DNA of 64,000 bases from contig NC_088853.1 in the NCBI RefSeq assembly GCF_963853765.1, forward strand, positions 23,932,001-23,996,000. Direction: 5' to 3'. Positions 12,699 through 25,900 of the stretch are shown piece by piece. The notes beneath the pieces are model-generated. The model did no database searches. It saw only the letters and a program-made list of their open reading frames with translations, and was not told the DNA's origin. Source of the DNA: Magallana gigas (taxonomy: Eukaryota). The position numbers and the translations under genes were made by a program. Within the stretch, counting starts at the first letter, position 1. Each line of letters starts with the position of its first letter.

Positions 12699-13511
12699 AC
12701 ATTATCCATTCTTAAAATATGACTTACAATCTGATGAAATATGTGATGTAAACCAAACGAAACTTACCTTTTTTTGTGAACATCTATATTGAATTCCATT
12801 ATGGGAATTTCCATAAAAATACATTTGAAACTATATTTTTGATCAAGTGATTATCAAGTAAGGATTTCATTATATTCAGTCACTTTTAATAATAAAAAAA
12901 AATTCGAAGATTATCATATCAAGATTTTCTTTTTAAAGCAGGATGCAGGAATTTCTAGGTCAGTGATGAGCACTTATAAGATTCAACTATTGCACCATAT
13001 CGTGTAATACAGATATACATTTTCCACTGTCTTTGCTTTTGATAACACTACTTATTATATACCTATCAATTTTCCCTTCCTGGTACTGTCGATTTTCCAG
13101 AGTGTGATCCGATTTTCCGCATCACCACACTGTGGTTTTCTGATTCCGTAACACCACTCTCTGAAACAGATGATGTAGTACGCATTAAATAACCTCTGTA
13201 TTTAAACGCGTTTTAAAAGAGTTCGTTTGAAAATAGCTTTGTTATATAAGTAAACGCCATACCGTTGTTTTAGAAAGATGGGTTTGTAATTATAACTTTG
13301 CGTCCCGTTTGATCCGCGCCTGGCAACTCGATGTGATCCGAGCCCTTGGATCAAGTTACTGTTATGATAATGTATATGTATCAATCTTGTACTATTTAAC
13401 CCGTAACTTCAAATGACGGCACCAGCGGGATGTTCTTATCTTTATTTTATATATACATGTATTTTAAAAATCTAATCGTGTGATGGCTTAAAATAATATA
13501 AATATATGTAA

Positions 13512-13656
13512 TAAAGAATCATTCTTTGAATATTATGAGGTGATACTTTCAGTCTTGGCGTGATCAAATCTATCATAAAGCCCTTCGGGCTTTTTTCGAT
13601 TTGATTACGCCCTGACCGAAATTATCACCTCATAATACTCAAAGAATGATTCCTTG
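13512..13656. mobile_element. ~145-bp palindromic MITE
   Basis: aagaatcattctttgaatattatgaggtgata ... attatcacctcataatactcaaagaatgattcctt, with nested inner stems ggcgtgatcaaatc/gatttgattacgcc and aaagccc-ttc-gggcttt. Confidence 0.8.
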
Positions 13657-13889
13657 CTCCTTAAAACATTGCATCTATACATGTAATATACAACTATTGT
13701 ATCATATTGGGTTAGCATTGCATGTGTGTAATATACAGTTTTTGTATCGTATAGGTAAAGCTTTGTGCGTACATGTAAGCAATATGCAACTTTTGTATCA
13801 CCACATGTTAACTGACAAATAACATTTTTAGCTCACCGAGACGAAGTCAGGGGGAGCTTATGCTATACACTCGGCGTCGGCGTCCGGAC

Positions 13890-15230
13890 CTGGTTAAAGT
13901 TTTTGTTGCAGGTCCTGTATCTAAGCTATTACTTGTCCTATCTTCACCAAACTTGCATGGATGATGCATTTGGACCTACATATGGACTTAAAAGACTTGG
14001 ATGCTGAATCTGAGTCCTAAATTTCAGATGCTGGAGGAGGTTAAGGTTGTTGGACCAGGTTAAAGTTTTTGTTGCAGGTGCCCTTTGTTAGCAATATCTA
14101 AGTTATTGCAGGTCCGTACTTCACCAAACTTGCATGGATGGTGTGTCTTATGATACTGATGCACCCGTAGGCTTGAGTGCTGAATCTGAGCTATTGGTTT
14201 TGGATGCTGGAGGAGGTTAAGGTTTTTGGAGCAGGTTAAAGTTTTTGTTGCAGGTGCCCTTTGATAGCAATATCTAAGTTACTGCTGGTCCATACTTCAC
14301 CAAACTTGCATGGATGGTGTGTCCTATGATACTGATGCACCCGTAGGCTTGAGTGCTGAATCTGAGCTATTGGTTTTGGATGCTGGAGGAGGTTAAGGTT
14401 TTTGGAGCAGGTTAAAGTTTTTGTTGCAAGTGCCCTTTGATAGCAATATCTAAGTTACTGCTGGTCCGTACTTCACCAACCTTGCATGGATGGTGTGTCT
14501 TATGATACTGATGCACCAGGCAGGCTTGGGTGCTGAATCTAAGCTATAGGTTACAAATGCTGAAGGAGGTTACTGTTTTTAGAGCTGGTTAAAGTTTTTG
14601 TTGCAGGTGCCCTCTGATGATTATATCTTAGTTACTACATGTCCTAACATCACCAGACTTCCATCGATGGTGCGTCTTATGATACTGATGCACCAGACAG
14701 GCTTGAATGCTGAATCTGAGCCATAGGTTTCGGATGCTGGAGGAGTTTAAGGTTTTTGGAGCTGGTAAAAGTTTTTGAAACAGTTGCCCTCTGAGGATTA
14801 TATCTTAGTTAATATTTGTCCTCACTTCACCAGACTTCCATGGATGGTGCGTCTTATGATACTGATGCACCTGACAGGCTTGAATGCTGAGTCTGAGCCA
14901 TAGGTTTCAGATGCTGGATATGGTTAGTTTTTTTGGAACAGGTCACATGTTTAATAGATAATAGTACTATTTCAAACTTGCATAGTTGATTAAACTGTAA
15001 TATGAATGAATCACAGAGGAAGCTTCAGTTGCAGAGCTTGATCTCCATTATCAAGGATGCTAAAAAATATATCTTAGTTATTACAGGTTCTAACTTCATC
15101 AAACTTGAATGGATGGTGTGTCCTATGATACAGATGCACCTGACAGTCATGGATGTTGAATCTGAGCCATAGGTTGCGGATGCTGGATGAGGTTTAGTTT
15201 TTTTGATCTCCATTATCAAGGATGCTTAAG
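13890..15230 (+). repeat. Tandem satellite, 166-177-bp unit, about 7.5 copies
   Basis: The anchor ggttaaagtttttgttgcagg, or a degenerate copy of it, starts at 13892, 14058, 14234, 14410, 14587, 14764 and 14941. Spacings are 166, 176, 176, 177, 177 and 177. Confidence 0.9.
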
Positions 15231-15289
15231 AAATCTCCTACCTCACTCAAACCTACTTGATAGATAGATGTGTTTGTTGATAAGTGATA

Positions 15290-16290
15290 TAACATTATTC
15301 CTATGATATAGTATTGTATGGTATGAAACAATAGTGTTTAATATGATACAATATAATATCATATGTCATATTAAAGTTATAAGATACGATATGATATTAC
15401 ATCAATTTTTTTTTTATATTTTATGTTATGATATTGTATCATGATATCGTTATGTATAGTATTGTATATTATGATACAATATTGTATAATATTATATTGT
15501 TTTATTAATTTATTATTTTATCACATGATATTATAACATAACATATTGCAAAATATAATATTGCATCCTATGATACAATGTTGTTTATTCTATTATATTG
15601 TATCATACGATATTTTATAATATGATATTAGTTTCTGTTATATAGAATTATATCACATCAAATTGTATAATATGATACTGTAATATTTTAAAATATCGTA
15701 TGATACGATATTATATAATATGATATTGGTTTATAATATGATATTTTATCACATCAAATGAAATTGTATTGTTTGATATTGTAAAATATATATTATTGTA
15801 TCATATGATACAATATGTATGATATGATATTGTATTATATAATATTTTACTTTATCACATAATATTGTATCATTTGATATGATACAATGTTGTATCAAAT
15901 TATATTGTATCATATGATACTATATCATATTATGTATCAAAAATGATACAGTATCATACAATATCATACTATATTATACAATTTAATGGCATATGTTTCA
16001 ATGTTATAATGTTTTATGTAATATTATATTGTAATATAATACTACATTGTTTTGTATATTATGATATTGTATTATGTGATCAAATACAATAACGTATAAT
16101 ACAATACAATGTCATATCATATGTTACAATATCATATTTCATCATTGTTTATTATGGTATTTTATTGTATTATATGATATATGTTGTAAATATGATAGGA
16201 TGCAATATTTAATTTTATATTATTGTATTGATTAACATATGAACATTATGATTATCATACAATTTTTTAACAGATGATATACGATATTGT
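15290..16290. repeat. AT-rich low-complexity degenerate (atattgt/atgatac) repeat block
   Basis: About 1 kb made almost entirely of tat/gat/att motifs, with no ORF. Confidence 0.8.
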
Positions 16291-19200
16291 GTCAAGACAG
16301 AATCCAAGAATATCCAAGATCATAAAGTATGATTTTCATTTAATATGATAAAGGTGGTCTCATAAAGGTGAAGTCTCATAAGGGTGATGTCTCGTCTCGG
16401 TGAGCTTTGTTATCTGTGATTACCTATGTTTTATTTAAGGAAAGATGTGAAAGTAGATTTACAAAAATATTAGAATTTGTCTTTAATTGCAACAGTTACT
16501 ATGGTGTAATTTACATTTTAGAGGTACAACACAAGTAAAACTATACCGGTATGTGACTTTGATGTCAAGAACACTTATACTATCTTATTCTAGATATTCA
16601 TGACGCATGTTTTCTCACATCATATACTTATATATACCCTGTTTCGCCCTGTTCATTAAAGGTCGAAAAGTTTCAAGCGCGGGTTTAACAAACCCTAGAG
16701 GCTTGTAATAATACAATATAACACAGCCTTTTTCGGTAGTCTTTGATTCGTATTGCGCATCCCTTTTTTGATGTGTCTTCCAATTCGAGTTTTTCGATTA
16801 GACGTGAAATGATTGCGTCGAAGTCAACTTGGTATACAATCAGCTGGCGCAAACTGACGAAAAAATTATAAGAGACAACTATGTATAGAGAGAAAGCGAT
16901 TTGTTGACAATATTCATTAATCATGTGATGTATTTGGGTTTTTTTTTCTTATTTTCTTTAAGTATATTATATAAAAACCATAACTTGGTATTTTTATATC
17001 GCATCCCAAATTAGGCCTCGATCGATGTATATTAGAGCCTGATTGCTCTCGGGCTGATTAACAGCGACCTCGGGCAAATATAGAATGCGATACAGAATTG
17101 CTAAGTACTAGTATGATCTAATTTGTACATAATTTGATATATATAGATACGTTGAAACGTTGTTTTGAATGTTGTTAAGTTTTTGCAGAAAGTGTATCTT
17201 GATATTTGAAATGTGTTGTTCTTTTTTCATATTGTTGTATTTGTATATTTGTAAATAATAAGGGTTTACGTCAATATTTAATATCATTTCAATGCAAGCA
17301 TATATTTTGATGCAAAAGTTTACCGCCAGATCGTGATTAAGATTCGCAAATGCGTGCTTACAAACCTTACTTTCATTTCTGCTCTTTCGGTCTAGTTTAT
17401 CCAAAAAGCAGGTTTTTAAATAATTTCCCATTAAGTACTTACAAGGTCAAATTCAATTATACTTGAAATACCAAAGGCGTTTATAGTCATCTCATTTACA
17501 TAATTACATGTACATATTTTTGAGGATTTTCCCCCGTTATTAGTACCGTAAAAATGTATTAAAATGTATATCGTTCAGAAAAAAATTAATGTTGCTGCAA
17601 ATGTTAAAAAATTGAAAGTTTTAAAGGTATCAAAATATAAATATGTATTAACCATAGTATTAAATGAAGACGCAATAGATATTCGTAAACATTTTTTATG
17701 TTAATGGGTTGATTGACTTTTTTTGTCATACTTCTTTTTTATGTATGCACTAGGGTCTTCTTCAAAACGAGCACTTCTGTGTGTTTAATAATTTAAAGTG
17801 TATATATGTCTATTATTTTGTTTTAAAGCTTACAGAAATTAAATAAAAATATGACCCTTTTTTTTCATTCTGTCACCCACACAAGATATGGGAAGAAGGG
17901 GTTTAGTCATAGACTTCAATTTTATTGTTTACAAGACAAAATTACATGTACCATCCCCTCTCCTATTTATTTCATGCATGAATTAAAGCAAATGGAATGA
18001 TATTCTTATACATATGACGCTCTATAAATTATACACTGTACATGTATCATCCTTATTACAAAATAGAACATAATATGTTATGTTTGTTTTCAATCCCATA
18101 CGTATTTTGAACCAGACAGCAAAACAACAATAAAGGTGAAAGTTGAAAAATACAACAGCACCGAATTAGAAAAGGACCAACGGTTTACACTGCCAAGATT
18201 GATATATGTTTTAGTCAATGTAAATTTCTTTTTCTTTGTTTTTGTTTTTTTGGTTTGTTTTTAGTTTCACACTTAAAGCACTGTCGTCAGTGACCTCATG
18301 AAATAATTTTTAGTTGGAGTTTTATTTTTTTTTAATATCTCCCTTTATTTAAAACTGCACATGCAATATACGCGTAGGTTTTTTTTAGAAAGATACATTT
18401 TGAACTAGTTTAAACAATTTGTTTTCAATACCAATACGTAACAGTTAGGATTAATATAAATTTTCTGATGTATATCAAGAAATTCTGTAAAATTGTAACA
18501 AAACTATTTCATTTTACCAATTTTCACCTTTGTATAGAGAAAATGTATTATGAAAAAAAAAATTTGAGTTATTTTCATCATGATTACCAATAGGTAATTA
18601 CATAATCAAATAAAAGAAATTTCGAATTTTGAAAAAAAAAAAAAGGAAAAATAATATTTTCATACTGATGTCTATTTGTATGAAATATTTTTATCGCCGC
18701 CATAAAGCTATTATTTACGCTCTTAGTCAGGGATATAAACCATACGTGTAACATCCATTTTAACTTGTTAGCTTCAACGACAAAAAATATAGCGCCAGAA
18801 ACTTTGTGGAGAAAAATCTTTTTTTAAGTAGTAGATATATGATAATGATTGTTTTTTCAAAAGTACATATCAAATTGGTTATGTAAGTTTCATTTAATAT
18901 TACAAAAATAACTATTCTATACGTTTGTATCTATGCGCATAGCGCACGAATTAGGAAAGTGTATTCATACAAAATTGAACGTCACAGATTTCCAATGCAA
19001 ACATAAGGGAAAATATACACGGAATATAAATATTGTAATAAGAGTATTATTCTGCAGTAGTAAAAAAAAATAATTGAAATGTAAGATTTGTTTTATCTCT
19101 TTTATCAGTTATTTTAGAGTAGAAATATTAGCTTTTATAAATTACTTGAATTTCTGTTGGGGTGAAGTGGGGTTAGGGTTAGAATATGTGCAAATTGACG

Positions 19201-19806
19201 AAATTACTTTCTAACATTATTGCGTTAATCATATCAGCTCCAATCTTATAAAACGTAATAAGCATTGTTTTCTCAAATAGTTTGTTAATTTGTTCTTCCA
19301 TAATCTATTTATATAATTGAGTTAGTTTCAGTCCTTGGTTATATCTATATGTATCAATTGTAGAATACCTTTCTATAACCCCGCCTCTTGCACTACAGGT
19401 GAGTTGATCTGAGTGATTGCTGTGAACAGGTGCGCGTGTTTTTTTGTGTGTTGGTGTCAGAGTTATCTATCTTCATCATGCGACCTCTGCCTAACGTTGT
19501 GTAAAATTAGCAGACTAGTCTTTAATTACCTTTCAGGTGAAACATTAGCATTTCTTTTACACATCCGTCAGGCACCTCATTAATCACCAAGTATGCGTAG
19601 TCGTACCGCCTCGGTTTCACTCCATCACACAGGAAGTAACGTGACGTAATCCTATTTGTTATCTGTTGGGGGAACGGTTTAGATTTGACGGGCGTAGGAT
19701 ATCACGCATGCCCAATGATCCAAAGAGTACCGTAAATATAAATAAAGAACAACTCTTTTTGTCTTTCTTTATAATTTTTTATTTAACGAGAAGAAATCCA
19801 TTCAAC

Positions 19807-22175
19807 ATGGCGGCTGAGATATTACAAATGTCGTCTCTGCTAGCCAACATGAGATGCGGCTCCATGGTTGTCATGGGGAATCCACAGTGTTACTATGGCA
19901 ACGTTCAACAGAGCCGCCGCGTTCTGTGTTGTAAGAATGGATTCGTGTTTTCTCCTCAGTATTGTAGATGTATGCCAGCTAATTTCGGTAAGTCACTGGT
20001 ACAACTTAGAAAAAAATCTATCGTTCATAAATTTCGCGTGTGTTTGAGGGGGGGGGGGGGGGGGGGGTAAATAAACAAAAGAAACGATCAGACCCATCGA
20101 TAAATGTTGAATGTTTTACCGAAAATATTTTGACAACTACACTTTTTTTTTATTCGTAAACTTCTGAAATTTTTTTTTATAAATAATTGTAACCAGCTGT
20201 CAATTCCAGCGATATATTTTGAAAATCATTTGTTCTAATTTCAAACTATCGCTTAATTGCTTATATTTACGATGATTATGATTTTTTCAAGCGATAATTA
20301 AGATAATGTTCGTCGTAATAAAAGTTGAATAATTGAGGTTGAGGTTTAAGTTATTTTTGTATTTTTTTCTTATTTCAAAATAAAAATAGCGTTCTTCTGT
20401 AATAAACGGGTGTAACGTTAGTATACTAAAATTTAGGCATTTTGTTACAAAAAATCTTATTTTCCAAAAAATCCCTCACTACATGAACACGTTCTGTTAT
20501 GTATTTTTACTTTACTTTCTATTTGAACAAAAATTAATTTGAACAATTAATCATTTATCTCCACATTTCTAAATGTTTTTTTTGTTTTGTTTTTTTTGCC
20601 TGCTACGATATTCTTACACTTATACTATCGTTAAACGTCGATAAAAATTCTACAAAAATTGGAGCAGCAAGACAATGGATCTATCTACAAATTGCTTAAA
20701 TGCACATACCTCGTTTACGATAATGTAAAATTCAGAACATTAAGCATGTGTATATAATACATATAATTTGTATCCTTCCTTAGTTTGGTTATTTTTTCTG
20801 AAGTTATCTCTTTATACCGCGAATTAATTACATGTTTATCACAAAGTGTCCTGTATACATTCTTTTACTCATTGTTTCAGTTTTTCGTAAAGGGCTACCG
20901 CTATATTTAGGACGCAGACTTTTATTTATCGCACACGTTAATTTAAAAAGAAAGAAAATTAATTTTAAGACCACAATCTTTCATCGATGATAATTACTTT
21001 TCCAAGCATTACCTCATTTTTTCATTTCTTCTTTCAAACATTGTAAACGAACTTCCCCGCATCGTTCCGCTGCCTACATACACACGCAATCTTTCATCGA
21101 TGTTACTTACTCCCCAAGCATACTTCATTTTTCATCTCTTCTCTAAAATGATCATCGTCCCGCTGTCTACATACACTTGTATATTTTCGTGTTTTTTTTC
21201 CCAGAATTAAACTCTGTATCAGAGAAAAGAAACAAAGCTGCAGCGAACAATGAACAAACCAGTGCCAAACTCTCCGAGACAATCGACCAACCAACAGCCG
21301 TGGTAGAAATTCAGTATCCACACAAACCAACAGGTGCCCCACAACAATCAATTAACGATCTGCAGGCTCAATACGAATTACGTGGTGTAAATCCTTTACT
21401 CAGGGCACCGCTACCGCGAATTAATTTCGCGAACATTCGACAGAGAAATGGAATGATACTACGTATGCCTGTAATTCACGTGGCAGCCCGGAATTTCCGG
21501 AATCAGTTAGTTAGAAGAACAGTTCCAATTTTCACCATTCGGGATGGTAAGATTTTCTTTTCAGCGACTATTCGACAGAGATACCCACAAGTCATTGCGA
21601 GAGTACGTCAGCTCGAGGCGCAAGGAGTGGCTCTGAAGCCGACGTACGTTCGGCCGGATTCCGGCAGTTTACGGATATCACCGACTCCATTTGGAATCGG
21701 AGCAGCAAGGAGGCAGCAACAGGCACCAGTGGTCGACAGAATGACGGAAAATACCGACAATTTGGCGGGAACGGTCGAAGCAGGAGTCGGCGAAAACGGT
21801 GTCGTAGTCCCAGGCGCAGATCCAATTCCAGATACTATTTACCCGGCTGAGAAGAACTTGAAAAACATGGAAGCCGTTCCATTAACTACCCCGACCAACC
21901 CCACTCCCATAGTTGAGACTACATCCTATCAACCAACTACAGAGAGTACACCTGTACCTAAAGAGAAAAAAGAACAAAAGAATGAACCAAACATGAACGA
22001 GTTTCCGTTTGTTCTGACGACAAGGGGAGGTAACACGCCAATCGACGCTCTCACAGGGCTGCCACTCAATCAGCCACTACCTGATAATTTCGTGCCACCG
22101 ACATTTGGACCCCCGACGGATCTTCCACCCCCTCCGAGTGATCTCCTAAGAAAAGGCATGGATGGGGTACAATGA
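19807..22175 (+). CDS. Two-exon gene: chitin-binding type-2-like Cys motif plus Arg-rich and Pro/Thr-rich low-complexity tail (~383 aa; the true 5' end may lie upstream)
   Basis: Exon 19807-19987 reads MAAEILQ...CYYG..VLCCKNGFVFSPQYCRCMPANF and ends G|GTAAGT (phase 1). It joins exon 21205-22175 (ttttttcccAG|aatta) in frame with the 332-aa ORF. CKNGFVFSPQYCRC resembles the CPxGxxFxxxxxxC half of peritrophin-A/ChtBD2 domains. Confidence 0.6.
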
Positions 22176-22938
22176 TAAGTGTCTTTAGTAATTTTCAATA
22201 CATTGATGCATTTAAATGATGATACGTGAACTGTAAATTAAAATGATGCCTTTACAACAAGCTTTTGTTTATTTGTTGAATCCAAGTGATAAATAAATGA
22301 ACATTTTACAAAGAGAAAGCCGCGGTCAATAATTATTAGGTGCATGCATATAATAGGTTTTTGAAAGACCACAATGTTTGATAAGTGTAATCAAGGGATA
22401 AATTAATGAACATTCTATGCACAAGAATTCGAAGACATTTTCTACGAGGTGAATGTATATAAAGGTTTATTGAAACAACAAAAAATGCTTAAAAATGTGT
22501 ATAACGTTTACGTTTCAATAAATTAGATTAGTGCATGTCCCATATTGTAAGGAAATATTGATAAATATAGATATTATTTTTCAACTTGTATTAGAATTAA
22601 CATGTAATATGGACATGTATGTATTCAAATAATAAATAAGAAAAAAACTGTATTTGCAAGATGTTCACATCGTTTTATTCATTAAATATTTTAGCTTGGT
22701 CTTATGTTTTAAAAAACGGGATTGCGTGACAACGTATCATAACCATTTCAGTGCGGCATAAAAACTACTCATACAAATACAAAAGGTTTTCCCCAACGCT
22801 AAATTTTAGAGAGAGAGAGAGTTTCGGATAACAAGTATAAACTTCACAGAGAGAAAAAGGCATGTTTTTGTATCCTTTCCTGTACTGTGAAATAATTCCA
22901 TGAAAAAAAAAAATTCACTTTAACTAGACTTTTTTCAG

Positions 22939-25900
22939 CTATAGAAACATGTTTCCTGCAAATCTGAGTTTACTGACTGCAGAGTCTATAACACTCACGC
23001 CGGATCTCCAATCGTTATTAGACAGTTGTCGCGAAGGAATATCCGGCTGATTGCGCACTTTCGTCACTTCCGGTGAATTCCCTCTTCTTTCTCCAGATCG
23101 TTGCACATCCGTTCCCGATGATAATCCACTAGAAATAAAAGAGTTCCTTTGAGGCGCTTTTTCTGAGAGCAGCGTATTTGTTTTGGTGCTTACAAAATTG
23201 TTAGAAGTAGGTGAAATAACGTTCCGTTGTTCTGCTAGGCCAGCCTTTTGGAGATTGTTGAAAGCGATTTGCGAATCCACACTCGGAAGATAGATGTCGC
23301 TTGGGTAATTAGTGTACATGGGATCCGTGACACTGACGTCATAATACGGAACCTCTGACGTATAATCCGGACTGGCGGGAGAAAACACGCTCATCATCGA
23401 GTCGAAAAATGACGTTATAGGGTCTGTTGGAGTTCGGAGAGCCGACGTGTGGAGGTAATACGGAATCCTCTGTGCAATGATTCGGTTGTTCCGAATTTGT
23501 TCGTAATCAAACTCAGGAAAGTTTAATCTTCCAGTATTTTGAGAATTTGTTGTTGTGGTAGTTAATTTTGTCTGAGTTTTATTTTCGATGTTTGGTATGA
23601 TTGGCGCAGAGGTGGTTAAAGGTGAGATTGTTTTTCTTGGCAATGGGGTGGTCGTTGTCATGGGAACGCTTTGAGTCGCTAACGTGAACCGCGGCGCTGT
23701 GTCTCTAGGATTGTAAACAAATCGGAAATACGCCTTGTCCAAGAATGGGTCGTTGGTTGGCGGGAATATGGTTGTCTGCTGGCCATATATATTAACTGCA
23801 GAAATACATAAAAGGCTTTAAAAATTAAAAAAACCACATAAACATGTACAGGCTGTAATGCTGTAAACGTGTTATGTTTGGTGTGTACGATAGTTGGCGA
23901 GAATTTAACAAGATGGCGCGGGTTTGAATTAGAGTATTCCTGAATGTGATTGTTCCTATACGGTAAATGCTTGTCATTTAGCGATGTACTTAATTTAACG
24001 GAAGCAACATTCCGCCATAAGCGCTAAATAGAATACACAGCCAAATGTAGAATGTTTACAGTATACAATATATCAGTGGCAATTACTACTCTGTTTGCAT
24101 ATAGTCGAGATCTTAAAAAGTTGCAGAATGAATCCCTAACACCAAGTCAACTGACAGTAAATGGAATGTGGCTTAACGATGACTAAATGATATACAAGTA
24201 TAGTTTGACAATCCAGTCATCATTTCAGACGGTAAGTTGACAAATAAATCAATCTGATTAAAATAAAAAGTTCAACCCGCTGTCCAGTTTTCGCGTGTGG
24301 AAAGAATTTCTCCTGTGACGTACAAAAGACCGGGGAGCGGATAAAACTTCTGGTTTTAATTAGATTAACATATGTGTATAGCCTAGTAGATTGCATTCAC
24401 AGGTTCGTCTTAAGAATCATTTTATTTAAATGAAGAAAAAAAATCTAAGAAGAAAAAAGCGCCCTCTCATACCTTAAGGCTATTGCAACTAAGGGTTTAC
24501 CTGAGCTTGCTGTTGTGGGTGATGGAGGGGTCGGCATTGTTGTTGTGGTGAGGGGGACACTAACGGGTCCCTCAGGTAGGTAAACTGGCCGACCCGTGAT
24601 CACAGGGCTGTCGACCAACACTGTGGAGCTACTCTCGGTCTCGCCATTTTTCAAGTTCTTCTTTACTATGTCCATAAAGGAGTAAACCGTGTTCTGTTGT
24701 AACACATCAGGCATTTTGACAGAGAGGGAAGGCCTCGACCAATCAGGATACTCTCCTGTTAACCGGAAGTCTGAAGTCCTTTTCGGCACCCAAAACGTCC
24801 TTTGTTCTGATTGGTTGGTTCGTTTCTGTTTTTCTAATTTGTATTCTAAGCTTGAAATGGCGTTGTCGGACCATTTACCCGCTACCATCCCTTTCATTAC
24901 GTTTTCAATGTACTTTTTGTAGAACTTCTTATACTTTTCGGATCTTTGAATAAAAGGAGGTAGAATAGGCATTATTGGGTTTTGTGTTGTAGTGGGAGTA
25001 GCCGGGTTCCGGTTTACAATGGCGGGACGAGCTAACTTTGGTCTATTACCGGAAGGAGGTAAGATGGAAATGTCTGCGCAGTTGTAATATTCTTCCTGTT
25101 TTCCGCATCCAAGTCCGCCGTAGCCATCAGGGCATACTCCCCAGTTGTTACCTACAAAAATCGTTTTTGCTTAAAGGTGCTATTAAACATTTCATATAAA
25201 AATGTTTCAGTATATCTGGTATTATTCAAATTTAGTAATGCTCGGCCTTCCAGACTTGTTAATAAATGACAGCATTATATTTACTATATGATTTAAACAA
25301 AATCTATTACATTAAGAAGAACATTTTGGAAGATATAAATACAATGCCAGTTGTAAGATAAAAAAAAGTCTTTGGAACCATTCCAGGCTCAAATGATGCA
25401 TTTAGTAACCTCTTAAATAGTGTGGCATGCTGTCTTGCACTTTTATTTACAAAGTTACACAAAAATCAAGTTTGTACTAGACCTGCTGTCAATTTGATTA
25501 AAAAAAAAAGAAGAAAGAATACGACTAGCGATTATGGTCAAATTGAACTTTCTAAAAAAAAAAATCTTGAGTCAGGTATAGTTTGTAGGTCAGTCGGAGG
25601 AGGGACGGGGGCAAACTTTTTATAAATACAGATTGCGTCATCACTTACCACCGATCCACTTCCACTGAAGAACACACTGCGAACACGTGACCCCATCCGG
25701 GATCTTGAGAAACAAGTTGTGTTTGACGGCCGTATCCGGTACGTACCGACTTCCGTACCCCTCTATTGTCAGTGGGTATTTATCTAGGCACTCTTGCGTA
25801 ATTGTTGACGTCACGTTGTCGTTGGGACAGAGATGGAACTCGAAGTAGCCGCCTATATTGGAGAGGACGTCCACTGTCACGTTCATGAATTGGTCGTCCT

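Larger units (their letters stand above)
13825..16411 (+). mobile_element. Helentron/HINE-like non-autonomous element carrying a satellite array
   Basis: tttt-agctcaccgagacg (13830) is inverted at cgtctcggtgagct (16393-16406). A short ggcgtc microsatellite follows the 5' end, then about 7-8 tandem units, then an AT-rich block. This matches the known architecture of oyster Helentron-derived elements. Confidence 0.8.

Noticed and set aside
13067-13200. GC-richer island with a short - strand reading frame (MRTTSSVSESGV...)
   Set aside because: It is too short, has no recognisable motif, and has no splice partners that I could establish.
16685-16924. 79-aa ORF next to a weak hairpin at about 16995-17095
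   Set aside because: No recognisable domain. It is probably a fragment of an old repeat.
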